Notes: generated by a model not told the origin, from the letters alone. 64,000 nucleotides of DNA from a virus (IMGVR_UViG_3300023184_000083:13725-77724), one strand, 5' to 3'; numbered from the stretch's first letter, positions 9,560 to 19,198 are shown. Numbers and translations are program-made.

Positions 9560-11053
9560 TTAGCGCACCTCATCGTCGGCTAGTGAAACACCTTGCTTAT
9601 CTTGCCAAGTGCGCTTAAACATATGTCCCCACTGGCGACGAGCAGACTGTCCACGCTGGAGAGCCTTCAACTGAACTAGTGCTTCTTCAACATGAGGAAG
9701 AACGATGATGCGGTTTTTCTTGCAGTAGTTGATGCATTGCATCGCCAGCATTTCAGAGAACCCTTGGTTAGGTCCGCAGACGCCACCATCGGTCACCCAC
9801 ACCACTGGAGCGTTAGAGCGTTGCCGATGCTTCACTGCCCATTCAAGTGCAGGGAAGTCAACGGAGTTGCCACCACCCACTGCTGGGAGTTCGTCAACCA
9901 TTTTGCCTTTATCAGCGACTATCCACATGTTCGTACCACCAGCCGAGTAATCCATGTCGGCGTAAATTGCGACAGTTGCACCGGGGGAGGCTTCAACGAT
10001 TTGACGAATTTGGTCATGAGTAAATGACATTGAACCTGAACCGTCAATAACAACAACGCCACCGAGACCACGAGACACCTTGTCAAAGATGCGCTTGTCA
10101 GGGTCGGTGAGCATGCGATGTAAACGACGAGGAGAGCGACCAACATTAGAAGCAACACGCTTCTTACCGATGTTCCCACGAGTCTGTTTTGGCATTGGCA
10201 ACTTTTCAATTACTAGTTCAGCCCAATAAGGGACGTTGCTATGCATTGAATCGGGGGTGATGTTCTTAAAGCGTTCAGACTCTTCTGCCTCTGTCTTTGG
10301 TGACACGCCTTTGTTGGAGTGTTCACGCTTAGAAGATTTATCTTCACCCTTTGTTGCGAGTGATGATTCTTCCGATGAAGATTCTTGTTCTTCTTGTTCG
10401 TCAGGTGCAGGCATTCCTGCAAGACGGTCTACCCATTCAGCAATTTTTTCTGTATAGACAAAGCCTGATGGAGCAAGTTTAATTTGAGTGTGAACGCTAG
10501 TTGAAGCGAGACGACCAGTACGGTATGCCTTTTCCATTTCCTTTACTGCTCGCTTAGAGATATCAGCAAGTACTTTGCCCCACAAACGATTATGACGACG
10601 AACGCCATTAAGGTATGCCTTGTTAGACGCAGTGCCAGCAGTGGTGATTGCCATATGAACAGCAGTCTGCCAGTTGTTTTGTGCAGTGATGCGTTCTCCG
10701 TCAGCAGTTTCTCCACCGTCCGTAAGATGTTCCATTACTGGAAAGCCAGCCTTACCACACAGAAAGTTGACACGAAGTTCTTCTACAACAGTGAGCGCTT
10801 GGATGGAAGCGATTCCACGCTTCTGCCATTGCTCCCACTCTCCAGCAGGAGAAACTTTTGCATGCATCATTTCGTGCGCACGAACACAGCGTTCCATTTC
10901 GTTGTTCGCAGTCGGTACACGCATTGCACGACCGACGATTGAAGTCGCTGGAATACCACGGCGTGGCTCACACGATTCAACGAGCCACTGTCCGTGTTCC
11001 GTGTCCTTGCGAGAAAGCCATTCAGGCTCCGCAATGATTTGGATATCAGTCAT
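9560..11053 (-). CDS. metallopeptidase-like + vWA domain protein (MoxR partner)
   Basis: HEMMH...EE.RVN; acidic linker; MIDAS DGSGS, GGN, VTDG. Confidence 0.8.
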   Translation of the reverse strand: MTDIQIIAEPEWLSRKDTEHGQWLVESCEPRRGIPATSIVGRAMRVPTANNEMERCVRAHEMMHAKVSPAGEWEQWQKRGIASIQALTVVEELRVNFLCGKAGFPVMEHLTDGGETADGERITAQNNWQTAVHMAITTAGTASNKAYLNGVRRHNRLWGKVLADISKRAVKEMEKAYRTGRLASTSVHTQIKLAPSGFVYTEKIAEWVDRLAGMPAPDEQEEQESSSEESSLATKGEDKSSKREHSNKGVSPKTEAEESERFKNITPDSMHSNVPYWAELVIEKLPMPKQTRGNIGKKRVASNVGRSPRRLHRMLTDPDKRIFDKVSRGLGGVVVIDGSGSMSFTHDQIRQIVEASPGATVAIYADMDYSAGGTNMWIVADKGKMVDELPAVGGGNSVDFPALEWAVKHRQRSNAPVVWVTDGGVCGPNQGFSEMLAMQCINYCKKNRIIVLPHVEEALVQLKALQRGQSARRQWGHMFKRTWQDKQGVSLADDEVR

Positions 11054-11778
11054 TACGACACTCCGTTGATTGCGATTGCGTCAAGGATTGATTCTGCACG
11101 GTCACGAAAGACGATTTGAGCAGCACGTTCTTTACCGAGCGTCTTGCGCATTTGGTCAAACGCCATGAAGGCACGAAGCGACAAGCGACGAGCGCCAGCG
11201 TCAGCCATTTTCACAGCGTAGTCACGAAGGTCAGGAGACAAACGAGCGAGAGCGTTCGGGTGAGGCTGATTAATGCGAACACGAATTGGGAAACGGTCAG
11301 TCAGCGCAGTTGGCAACTCTTCCATGTTTTCCACATTAGTCGTCATAACAACAGAGAAGCCTTGGCGAGGACGATGCATACGACCAGTCTCAGGGTTTTC
11401 CCATGATGCTGATTCAGGAGAGTCCATCATTGCTAAGAGCGTTGACGACACATCGCCCGACGCCTTGTCAATTTCGTCAGCGACGAGACGACCACCAATG
11501 ATGCCGTTGCCTTCCCAAGCCTTTAAAGCGGCTCCAGCGACCCAAGAGAATTTACCTTCTCCGTCAGGCATGAAAGCGCCAGTGACGTCCATGTTGGTCA
11601 TATCTTCTGTGCAGACCATGCGAAACGCACCGCCTTGTGTATCTCCAGTAGTGAGACCAGCGAATGTCTTGCCAGTTCCTGGAGGACCGAACAGGATGAC
11701 ACGGTCAATGCCAGCGTCCATGCAGTCTTGTACTTCTTGCCAACAGTCGGGCAATGGGGTTGATGTTGAGTTTTCCAC
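11053..11778 (-). CDS. MoxR/CbbQ-type AAA+ ATPase
   Basis: GPPGTGKT, VADEIDK, MTTN, ALTDRF. Confidence 0.85.
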   Translation of the reverse strand: MENSTSTPLPDCWQEVQDCMDAGIDRVILFGPPGTGKTFAGLTTGDTQGGAFRMVCTEDMTNMDVTGAFMPDGEGKFSWVAGAALKAWEGNGIIGGRLVADEIDKASGDVSSTLLAMMDSPESASWENPETGRMHRPRQGFSVVMTTNVENMEELPTALTDRFPIRVRINQPHPNALARLSPDLRDYAVKMADAGARRLSLRAFMAFDQMRKTLGKERAAQIVFRDRAESILDAIAINGVS

Positions 11779-11859
11779 GGTAGTAATCCCTTTCGGATGT
11801 GGTTGTTTATTACATGTACCAAGTTATCCGTTATTAAGAACAACGACAACCTTGGTTAG

Positions 11860-12357
11860 TTATTTTTTTTCTGCTTTTCTATCAGCCTTCTCGTCACGAA
11901 TTTCCCACAAGCCTTTTTTAACTTTGCGGAATGTCTGTGACTCGGAAACAAACTTAAGTGTCGTCTGATAAGAGAAGCCAGCAATTTCTGTCAGTTGTTC
12001 TGTAGTGAACTGTTCAAACAAGTGGTCTTTAGTCCACTCCAAGAAGGCGTCGTACTTATCTGCACGTTTCGGAATCGGGGTTATGACTACGCCATCTTCA
12101 AGGGTCTCGTCACAAAACTGAGGTACCAGTTCTTCAATGATGTCTGTAGGTATCCCATACGACCCAAGGAAGCGAGAAGCCTTGCCACGACCGTCCCATA
12201 CCTGTAAACAATAGAGGGCACGAACACGACTAGATATGGAGAACGTGACAGTGCGGGGCACGGAGAACACGTCTCCGTACTCTTGTTTTGCTTCGTCCCA
12301 CAAAGACTTATGTGTCTCTAGTATCTCTGTATCTGTAATCATTTTCTTTAATGCCAT
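11860..12357 (-). CDS. hypothetical protein, C-terminal HTH-like (leaderless)
   Basis: ATG at +1 of repeated early promoter. Confidence 0.65.
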   Translation of the reverse strand: MALKKMITDTEILETHKSLWDEAKQEYGDVFSVPRTVTFSISSRVRALYCLQVWDGRGKASRFLGSYGIPTDIIEELVPQFCDETLEDGVVITPIPKRADKYDAFLEWTKDHLFEQFTTEQLTEIAGFSYQTTLKFVSESQTFRKVKKGLWEIRDEKADRKAEKK

Positions 12358-12537
12358 ACCTTTAACCTATCCGTTATTAACCATAATGACAACCCGCAGT
12401 ATTAAATATTCGCATATTTTTTTACACTCTGGCAGCAAGTGAGGCATCATTCAACCCTTTATTAGGGCCGGCTGCAACCTGAGCCCCGAGATAATGTTAG
12501 AATTTTAAGACAATCTTTCACCAGAACGGGACTCGTC

Positions 12538-12792
12538 ATGAAAAAGAAAAGCCAACTTCACGCACCAGTAGAAGCAATCTCATATCTCTTGGAGCCTTCT
12601 CCGATTGTTGAAGGAGTTCAAATGGGAGCCCCGGCGGCACCGGCGGCAGAAGAGCCAAAGAAGAAGCCAAAGAAGGTTGAAGAACCAGTAGCCGAAGCAG
12701 TGGTAGAGCCAGTGGTTGAAGCAGCAGCAGAAGTTGTTGCAGAGCCAGTCGCAGAAGTAGTAGAAGCAGCAGCAGAACCCGCTGCTGAATAA
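12538..12792 (+). CDS. acidic low-complexity (E/A/V/P) protein
   Basis: Repetitive EPVAEAVVE; hairpin + T-run follows. Confidence 0.5.
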   Translation: MKKKSQLHAPVEAISYLLEPSPIVEGVQMGAPAAPAAEEPKKKPKKVEEPVAEAVVEPVVEAAAEVVAEPVAEVVEAAAEPAAE

Positions 12793-12875
12793 ATAAACGT
12801 AAAAAGGCAGGGTCTTCCGCCACCGTCGCCGCTTTCAATGAGCAGCAGACGGGGCCAAGGGCCCTGCTTTTTGTT

Positions 12876-13136
12876 TTAGTAAGTTACGTCGCGCTCGTCA
12901 GCGCATTTTAAACAACATGCGTATTTGACCGGTACATCTTGAGAGTCAATTGCATATTCCCAGATGGGCTCATCGTCTACAAACTCGTCTACGCACCAAG
13001 CGCAGTATCCGGAGTCCCGCCCCCAGACGATTTGAATCGGGGACGCCTCAGCACAGGAGGGACACTGTTCATCTTCGTTAACCCATCCAGTCTTCTTGCA
13101 AGTGAAGCAATCTTCCAGTGCGTTCATCTCAGGCAT
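12876..13136 (-). CDS. Cys-rich Zn-binding protein
   Basis: Four CxxC pairs; GAGGAA RBS. Confidence 0.55.
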   Translation of the reverse strand: MPEMNALEDCFTCKKTGWVNEDEQCPSCAEASPIQIVWGRDSGYCAWCVDEFVDDEPIWEYAIDSQDVPVKYACCLKCADERDVTY

Positions 13137-13407
13137 CGGCTTCCTCTGTGAATTCAACGACGATTTCGTCATGCATCCCAGCGAGAGCGTTACCGTCAAT
13201 GAACATGTCTTGGTCATTAGTGATTTCAAAGAAACCTTTGGTCCAGTAGCCGTTGTCGTTTAGGAAGTCGTACTTGTCGTTCCAAGTTAGGTCTACCCAG
13301 TTTTCAGGGAGCACCGATGTGTCGGGGACCGAGAAGTAATCCCATTTCAGGGGCATCTCGCCAATCATCTTGGGATAGCGAAGTTCTGTGCAGGTGCGGT
13401 AGTTCAT
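13129..13407 (-). CDS. hypothetical early protein (leaderless)
   Basis: ATG at +1 of repeated promoter. Confidence 0.65.
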   Translation of the reverse strand: MNYRTCTELRYPKMIGEMPLKWDYFSVPDTSVLPENWVDLTWNDKYDFLNDNGYWTKGFFEITNDQDMFIDGNALAGMHDEIVVEFTEEADA

Positions 13408-13416
13408 ACATTCAAC

Positions 13417-13659
13417 CTAACCGTTATTAGGGTCAATGACAACCTCTGAGTGGTCAATGATTGCATCAGCGAGCCAGTTGCAGATGTCACGGTCAGAGCC
13501 TTCCCATTCTTCAAACTCTTTTACGACGCGAGCCCAGCCTTCGTTGGTGAGTTCAAGTTCGTCGTTCCAGAATACTTCTGGTTTTTCCCAGAACAGAACC
13601 ATCAGTTCGTCGTCTGGGTTCATACCCTCAACGAGGTGGCGTAGTTGTGAGACTTTCAT
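13417..13659 (-). CDS. acidic hypothetical protein
   Basis: Coupled ORF; C-terminus encoded by promoter repeat. Confidence 0.6.
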   Translation of the reverse strand: MKVSQLRHLVEGMNPDDELMVLFWEKPEVFWNDELELTNEGWARVVKEFEEWEGSDRDICNWLADAIIDHSEVVIDPNNG

Positions 13660-13853
13660 TCAGCCTGCTCCCACGCCATGTAGTCGCCGTCCATGTCACG
13701 ACAGATGCCAGTGACCCAGAAAGGTTTAGGGTGTGGAGCCTCAGGGTCTTCCCCGATTGCTTCACGAACCTTAATGAGTGCTTTAGTCATGGCTTCACCA
13801 TCTGTGAGGGCGTCTACATCAACGCCAACTTGTACTTGTACACGGTAAGTCAT
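13656..13853 (-). CDS. hypothetical protein
   Basis: Coupled to neighbours. Confidence 0.55.
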   Translation of the reverse strand: MTYRVQVQVGVDVDALTDGEAMTKALIKVREAIGEDPEAPHPKPFWVTGICRDMDGDYMAWEQAE

Positions 13854-14110
13854 TACTGCTCCATAAATTCTAGTGATTCAACCAAGTCAATAAACCATTC
13901 CTTGTTTACGGAATAGACGTCACGAGACTCCTCAATAGCCTTTAGAAGACCTTTCGCTTCATCATCAGTGAAGTAGTAGAAAGTTTCTAGGTCTGATGGA
14001 GTGTCAAACTCCTCAGGTTGAAACGAGATGAAAACATCGTTGTAGCCGTCAGGTGAGTCTGTCCAAGTAACGGCACACTCAACCCCTTTATATTTATCTG
14101 AAATACTCAT
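13853..14110 (-). CDS. acidic hypothetical protein (leaderless)
   Basis: ATG at +1 of repeated promoter. Confidence 0.65.
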   Translation of the reverse strand: MSISDKYKGVECAVTWTDSPDGYNDVFISFQPEEFDTPSDLETFYYFTDDEAKGLLKAIEESRDVYSVNKEWFIDLVESLEFMEQ

Positions 14111-14119
14111 ACCTTCAAG

Positions 14120-14581
14120 TTATCCCTTATTACCCTTAATGACAACCTCAGTGAAGTAATAAAAAAGATTGCTTGTGAAGATGGTGCGATATCCGTTCCA
14201 TGCGTCGTCAGTCCCGATGCATAGTTCTCCGATTGTCTTCAACTCTTCGTCGGTGGCTTCGGTAGTAACCCACTTGAGCCAACCCATCAGACGTTCTTCT
14301 GTCGTGTCGTACTCAAGTTCTAGAAGAACCTCAGCCTCGTCGCGCAGAGCCCCGGGAGAATATGACACAGATGTAAAGCGTGTTACTTCTCCGTACAGAG
14401 TGTCTTCCATGATTTTGAGAACGCTCTTGCCTGTGCGAACTGCCATCTGAGATATTTCAGAGTCGCTCGCAACATCTAAAAAATGTGCGTCGTTTTCATC
14501 TAGTTCAGATAAATCTACGACATAGCAGTAATCCAGCGGGACTACCGTCCCAGACTGGGAGTCAATAATAACTTTCGTCAT
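14120..14581 (-). CDS. acidic hypothetical protein
   Basis: ATGA overlap with upstream gene; C-terminus encoded by promoter repeat. Confidence 0.6.
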   Translation of the reverse strand: MTKVIIDSQSGTVVPLDYCYVVDLSELDENDAHFLDVASDSEISQMAVRTGKSVLKIMEDTLYGEVTRFTSVSYSPGALRDEAEVLLELEYDTTEERLMGWLKWVTTEATDEELKTIGELCIGTDDAWNGYRTIFTSNLFYYFTEVVIKGNKG

Positions 14582-15195
14582 TTCGCCATCTCCTCTGCCC
14601 AAAACTTTAGAAGCAGTGCTTCCACCTTGTCTTGCTCTTGTTCGTTCCAGTTTTCGTGCTCTGCTTCTTGCTCATCGTAGTCAAATGGGTTTTCACACGG
14701 TTCGTACATCGCCTCAAAGACGATGGAGCCGTTACGAAAGACATGGTATCCAGCAAAGAAGCCAGCCTCTTCATCGTAAGAGAACTGAAAGGACAGTTCA
14801 GGAAACAACTCTGAGATTTTTAGCCATGCCTTATCGGCTGGTCCCCATGCAGTAGTGAAGTTTATGAGCGCAGTGCCATCGGCACGGTCAAGAAGTTCAG
14901 TGTCGCAGTCGCCCCACTTGGTGCCCCAAGTGTCGTACTCCCACTCGTACCAGTCCGAGTAACCGAACTTAGCGATGTTCTCTTCCTTTTGTTTTAGCCA
15001 TGTCTCGTGCTCAGGGTTATCTGAAGACATTGACCCTGAAAGGATTTTGAGTTCCTCAGGGCAAGGCAAAAGAGACGGGATGATGTTTAGTTTTTCATTA
15101 CCGTTTTCGTCTTTTACAGTAGAGGCAGTTAGGAACCTTTGTAGTTCCTGCTCGTCTCCAGTGATTGACGCTGATGTATGAACCCAGTTGGGCAT
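14578..15195 (-). CDS. YubB/DUF1281 ferredoxin-like domain protein
   Basis: MPNW...DWYEW....WGTKWG...F.TAW.P...FPEL.F...YDE. Confidence 0.75.
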   Translation of the reverse strand: MPNWVHTSASITGDEQELQRFLTASTVKDENGNEKLNIIPSLLPCPEELKILSGSMSSDNPEHETWLKQKEENIAKFGYSDWYEWEYDTWGTKWGDCDTELLDRADGTALINFTTAWGPADKAWLKISELFPELSFQFSYDEEAGFFAGYHVFRNGSIVFEAMYEPCENPFDYDEQEAEHENWNEQEQDKVEALLLKFWAEEMAK

Positions 15196-15270
15196 GATTA
15201 CCTTCTTTCGGTGATAGTAAATCCGATAAGTAAAACTCTATCCGTTATTAGGGATAGTGACAACCTTACT

Positions 15271-15591
15271 CTAAAGTTTTTGTTCACTCCAGTGAGTAGC
15301 AAATGTCTTTGCGTAGGTGTCGGCGATGTGTGCTGCCGGCAGTCCCGCGACTGGGTCGCTGTGAAGAGTTACATTCTTGAACTCTGTCCATCGCTCGCCA
15401 CTACCTGAAACAGGAACGACAAGGAAGTCCAAGTGTCCATAACGACGGCGTGTATCTACAATGCGCACATCAACGACGAGTCCCGTTTCTTCTACGGACG
15501 CCGTGAGACCTTTGTAAATCTCATAGTCAATTTTCCCGTCACTTGTAAGTGCGTAACGGCTTTTATCTGGTTTGGGTGTATCTACCAACAT
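15271..15591 (-). CDS. hypothetical protein (SH3-like beta fold)
   Basis: V.VRIVD.R.RYG..D.LV.PV.GSGE.W; own promoter. Confidence 0.6.
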   Translation of the reverse strand: MLVDTPKPDKSRYALTSDGKIDYEIYKGLTASVEETGLVVDVRIVDTRRRYGHLDFLVVPVSGSGERWTEFKNVTLHSDPVAGLPAAHIADTYAKTFATHWSEQKL

Positions 15592-15687
15592 GGTGAATAA
15601 CTTTCTTTGTAGGGGGTTTGTTTTCAGCGTAGCGGTTATTATCCATAATCACAACGCCAAACTTGGTCACACTCAGAGCGACGGGGC

Positions 15688-15945
15688 CTACTCGGCTGGG
15701 AAACACCCTGCTATGAAATAGTGTCCGTTTTCGTCCTTGCTAATGCGCCACTCTAAATGTGAGTAGCGATAGCGAAGGCGGTGGACAACTGAACTAGCAC
15801 TCACGTAAGTCTTGTATTCTCCGTCTTTGAAACGGTGGGATACCGCCCACGTCCCTTTCGGTTGTTCTGAAAGTTCGTTTACTAGGTTGCGGATACGATA
15901 TCCGGGACTAGCGACTGCTGGGGTGGGGACGATTTCTAATGCCAT
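15688..15945 (-). CDS. hypothetical protein
   Basis: 85-aa ORF in operon. Confidence 0.55.
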   Translation of the reverse strand: MALEIVPTPAVASPGYRIRNLVNELSEQPKGTWAVSHRFKDGEYKTYVSASSVVHRLRYRYSHLEWRISKDENGHYFIAGCFPAE

Positions 15946-15949
15946 GTTG

Positions 15950-16417
15950 TTACCAAGAACTTTGATATGTAAAGTCGTAGTCGGTTGGGACGTTCACTAG
16001 TGCCTCATTTATCATGAGCACCGTATCTTCTAGGTCACCGAAGTAGAACTCGTCATACTGTGTGCTTCCAAAAAAGAAACCACTAGCGGTTGGTAGTAAC
16101 TCATCAGCGAGCCCGTGGTCGGCGAGAACCTTCTGACAGATGTCACGAAGTGCAATTAGATGGTCACGAGACACATAAGCCTCACGACAATCGTCTACGC
16201 CGTCTTGGCAGTTATCTACAAACCATTGGTGAACTTGGTTTGACTTGCGCCATTGTCCGACCTTGATTTGTATTTGTGCGCTAGGCATCTCTTTGGTCAT
16301 GAACTTCTGTGCGCCAGTTGCTTCCACAACTTTTTCAAACAGTTCTGTTCGCTCTTTTCCGAGCCAATCGCCAGAACTTGTGTAGCACTTGGCATAGAGG
16401 TATTGGTCTAATCCCAT
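15950..16417 (-). CDS. conserved phage protein (MGLD..WRK.N..H.WF..LPT..GFFFG..Y.SSW family)
   Basis: Recognisable widespread phage family of unknown function; promoter + AAGGAG RBS. Confidence 0.75.
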   Translation of the reverse strand: MGLDQYLYAKCYTSSGDWLGKERTELFEKVVEATGAQKFMTKEMPSAQIQIKVGQWRKSNQVHQWFVDNCQDGVDDCREAYVSRDHLIALRDICQKVLADHGLADELLPTASGFFFGSTQYDEFYFGDLEDTVLMINEALVNVPTDYDFTYQSSW

Positions 16418-16689
16418 AGTGGGTGTACTCCTTTGTTAGTAGTGATAGAAACTCTATCCGTTATTAGCAATAGACACAACCTTTGTTTTGTATTTCCTTT
16501 CCGCCACCGTCACTGCTTGAGAAACACCATACACCTCTTGCGTTTTGTGATTTCACAAATGGGTGTGTCATGGTTATTTGAACCTTGCAAATAGGGGTAA
16601 AAGGGTCTAAAAATAATCTTTGGGGGCGAGTTGTCATTGTTCCTAATAACGGATAACTTGAAGGTATCGCAAGTGTTAGGAGAAACACA

Positions 16690-17079
16690 ATGTCCACAAT
16701 CCAAGAAAAGGTAGCCATTCAGTACCTCGCCGCAAAGCAGGCAGTTGAAATGGCAGATAAAGCAATGGCAACAGCCAAGCAGTTGCTTGAAGAGACCTAC
16801 GCCGAAATGGGCGTGACTGATGTCGTCATTGACGGGGTTAAGGTCGCAATCGTTGAGGCAACTCGTCGCAACTTTGATACAGAGGCTCTAAAGGGTCTCA
16901 TTGTCGCTACAGCGTTTGAGGCAGTCACTAAGACCTCGGTTGAGCCGAAGGCATTTGATAAGGCTATTAAGGCTGGCACAATCGCCCCCGAAGTAGAAGC
17001 ACAAGTCGTTACAGGCACATCGTACACTCGCATTACAACCCTAGAGGTTGAAGCGGTTGCTGTCGCTGTCGCCTCTTAG
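16690..17079 (+). CDS. hypothetical protein with N-terminal coiled coil
   Basis: First rightward early gene; AGGAG RBS. Confidence 0.65.
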   Translation: MSTIQEKVAIQYLAAKQAVEMADKAMATAKQLLEETYAEMGVTDVVIDGVKVAIVEATRRNFDTEALKGLIVATAFEAVTKTSVEPKAFDKAIKAGTIAPEVEAQVVTGTSYTRITTLEVEAVAVAVAS

Positions 17080-17091
17080 GGAAGGAACCCA

Positions 17092-17502
17092 ATGGAACAA
17101 CACGAAATCGCAGAACTCGCTAAGAGGGTAGAGGGCGCACTTGCTCACGACATGATGTTAGAGGACTCGTACGCTTTCGGACTTTCCGACGGTGCCGAAG
17201 TCCCGGTGATGATGGCAGAGTGTGCAGATGTCTACGACTTACTAGACGACCCGATGACCCCGATGACTCTTGACCTGTTCGGTCATGTGGCTATCGTTTC
17301 GCACGGTTGGGCGCAAGACATGACTGACCACAAAGCACCGCCAGTTCGTGTACGCCTACTTGTTGCTGTGTCTCGCAACGGGGCTCGCTCGTCGGTTGTT
17401 CGCTTCATGGACGATACTGACCATGTTCTCTATGACGAACAAGGTGAAGGTAACGGTACTCTCGCTGACGCAATCCTCGCTCTCTGTGAAAACGGGGAGT
17501 AG
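17092..17502 (+). CDS. hypothetical protein, paralog of 21645-22064
   Basis: DVYD..GWA..RVRL..S..F.D....DE.G...G.LA.AI shared. Confidence 0.65.
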   Translation: MEQHEIAELAKRVEGALAHDMMLEDSYAFGLSDGAEVPVMMAECADVYDLLDDPMTPMTLDLFGHVAIVSHGWAQDMTDHKAPPVRVRLLVAVSRNGARSSVVRFMDDTDHVLYDEQGEGNGTLADAILALCENGE

Positions 17503-17540
17503 AGGTTGTCATTGTCGCTAATAAAGGATAACTTGAAGGT

Positions 17541-17888
17541 ATGACATCACAAGTAGAAGCAGTAGCAGATAGCAACGCAAAGACGGAGCCTGAGTATCAG
17601 GTTATTTGCGAGGGTCTGCCAATGGAATACGGCGAGGACGAGTTTGTCCGAGTTCGTAGATACCACAAAATCCGTGAACGAGTGAAGGGCGACACCTACG
17701 CCACTTGGGAAGTCTTGTGTGAACGAGACCACTACAGCAAAGACGAACTCGTTCTCCACCCCTTCATCGTGTGGACACTTGTAGCCCGCCCCGATGGTTG
17801 GTCGTTCGCTGGTGGAGAGTATTACAAAACTTACGAAGAGGCTCTAAAAAACTACAAGAAAAGGACTCTAGGTGCAACTGATATCTGA
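17541..17888 (+). CDS. hypothetical early protein (leaderless)
   Basis: ATG at +1 of repeated promoter. Confidence 0.65.
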   Translation: MTSQVEAVADSNAKTEPEYQVICEGLPMEYGEDEFVRVRRYHKIRERVKGDTYATWEVLCERDHYSKDELVLHPFIVWTLVARPDGWSFAGGEYYKTYEEALKNYKKRTLGATDI

Positions 17889-18051
17889 ACTCATAGCAAA
17901 AGAAGTTGAGAAACTGGCTGCTGCCGGGGCTGGCGTGACCTGCACCTACTGTGCCAAGCCGTTCCATGATGACGAAGGCGACTGGAACCAAGTGTTCCTA
18001 ACAACTGGCACGCTCACCGAGTGGGTGTGTTACGAGTGTTACGAGGAGTGA
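17872..18051 (+). CDS. small Zn-finger protein (59 aa)
   Basis: Hand-translated: ...CTYCAKPF...WVCYECYEE*; AAGGA RBS. Confidence 0.5.
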   Translation: MQLISELIAKEVEKLAAAGAGVTCTYCAKPFHDDEGDWNQVFLTTGTLTEWVCYECYEE

Positions 18052-18103
18052 AATCTTTTTTACCGAGGTTGTCATTGCTACTAATAAAGGATACATTGAA
18101 GGT

Positions 18104-18472
18104 ATGAACAAAGCACTTATTATTCCAGCAAAAGGTACGCCATACACGACTATGGTTGCTCACCCCGAAGGCGACTTCATCAACAAGACCGTAGGTGGTT
18201 GGTTTGACTGTGTTCGCTCTGAGACATTTCATGGCTATGTAAACGATGAAGGACTACTTATCGGTCTTGAACTCAACCCCGTTGCCTCTATCATGTTCGG
18301 ACAGATACTCGCAGGCGACTGCATCGTGTTCGGCTCGTGTAACGCACAGGGCGAGTATGACGGTTACGAACACACCATTGACCCCTCTGTTGTTGTAATG
18401 GCTAATCACTTTAACTTCCTATGGGAGACACAGCCTGAAAACTTCCGTGTCGGCATGAAGGAGACAATCTAA
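18104..18472 (+). CDS. DUF3846-like protein (leaderless)
   Basis: VGGWF..V......YVNDEGLL.GL..N..AS......LAGD. Confidence 0.7.
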   Translation: MNKALIIPAKGTPYTTMVAHPEGDFINKTVGGWFDCVRSETFHGYVNDEGLLIGLELNPVASIMFGQILAGDCIVFGSCNAQGEYDGYEHTIDPSVVVMANHFNFLWETQPENFRVGMKETI

Positions 18473-18605
18473 TGTTGGCTTTATTAGCGTTCGTGCTGGG
18501 CTTCTACATCGCTAAACACGACTGGTCTGACCTGTGGCAAGACGAAATTGACTGCACTCATGCGTGGCGTGACGACCATTGTTTCGTCTGTGGAATGGAC
18601 AAGTA

Positions 18606-18809
18606 ATGCCTCTAGACCTGAAAGCAAGTGCTTGTGACTGGTTTGTGTGCCTGTGTGGCAACAGCCCTGCAAGCGATGGGTTTGAAACCTGCAGCCCCGA
18701 TGGCAAGGTTGTTGAGCCAATCGTAAAAGCGTGGGACGGTATTCACTACCTATGCTTGCGCTGTGATGCTGTCTACAACCAAGACACGATGGACGAAGTA
18801 ACTCTCTGA
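18606..18809 (+). CDS. Cys-rich hypothetical protein
   Basis: VCLCGN.P..DGF..C...YLC.RC; TAATG coupling. Confidence 0.55.
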   Translation: MPLDLKASACDWFVCLCGNSPASDGFETCSPDGKVVEPIVKAWDGIHYLCLRCDAVYNQDTMDEVTL

Positions 18810-18904
18810 GTCTTCCGCCACCGTCGCCACTTCAGAAACACTTTTGACCCCCGCCCCCCGGGGCTAGTAAACACGTTCAGAAAAACGTTCTCTGTACCCA
18901 GTCC

Positions 18905-18923
18905 GAATGTTAGGCATACCTAA
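18905..18923. promoter_or_regulatory. IdeR/DtxR-like iron box
   Basis: GAATGTTAGGCATACCTAA, 16/19 to TWAGGTWAGSCTWACCTWA. Confidence 0.55.
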
Positions 18924-18924
18924 T

Positions 18925-18940
18925 TGTTTCACGTGAAACA
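18925..18940. promoter_or_regulatory. parS site (ParB/Spo0J binding)
   Basis: TGTTTCACGTGAAACA, perfect match to the universal bacterial parS palindrome. Confidence 0.8.
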
Positions 18941-18988
18941 TTCCTTGATGAGGTTGTCATTGTGCCTAATAAAGGATACATTGGAGTT

Positions 18989-19159
18989 ATGAGTTACGAA
19001 GAGTACATTATCCAAACCCACCTAGACATCCGCAAAGCCATTGAGGCTTATAAAATGTTGCCCGACCTAATCCCTGCACAAGTTAAAAAGGACTTGTGGC
19101 AAGGCATCGTTGAGGCACTTAACTTGGTACAAAACGAGATGGCAAAACTTCCTGCCTAG
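18989..19159 (+). CDS. hypothetical early protein (leaderless)
   Basis: ATG at +1 of repeated promoter. Confidence 0.6.
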   Translation: MSYEEYIIQTHLDIRKAIEAYKMLPDLIPAQVKKDLWQGIVEALNLVQNEMAKLPA

Positions 19160-19198
19160 CAGGTTGTCATTGTCCCTAATAAAGGATAGATTGAAAGT

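Larger units (their letters stand above)
11820..16480 (-). promoter_or_regulatory. leftward copies of repeated early promoter GGTTGTCA-N7-TAATAANGGA-TANNNT
   Basis: First base of -35 at 11849, 12392, 13442, 14145, 15263, 15654, 16479; also 32015, 36001; degenerate 48501. Confidence 0.85.

Noticed and set aside
9298-9573. Short ORFs across intergenic islands (also 7022-7249, 16464-16718, 22040-22291, 29508-29699)
   Set aside because: They span terminators, repeats and promoters; better explained as non-coding
9692-11968. Long antisense ORFs in the track (e.g. 11273-11968, 10674-11069; also 61583-62137, 43179-43631)
   Set aside because: Shadows of well-supported opposite-strand genes, with no motifs or RBS
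9544-18890. GAAAAACGTTC at ~9546 (minus) and 18880 as a LacI-family operator
   Set aside because: Only two imperfect copies; too weak to call
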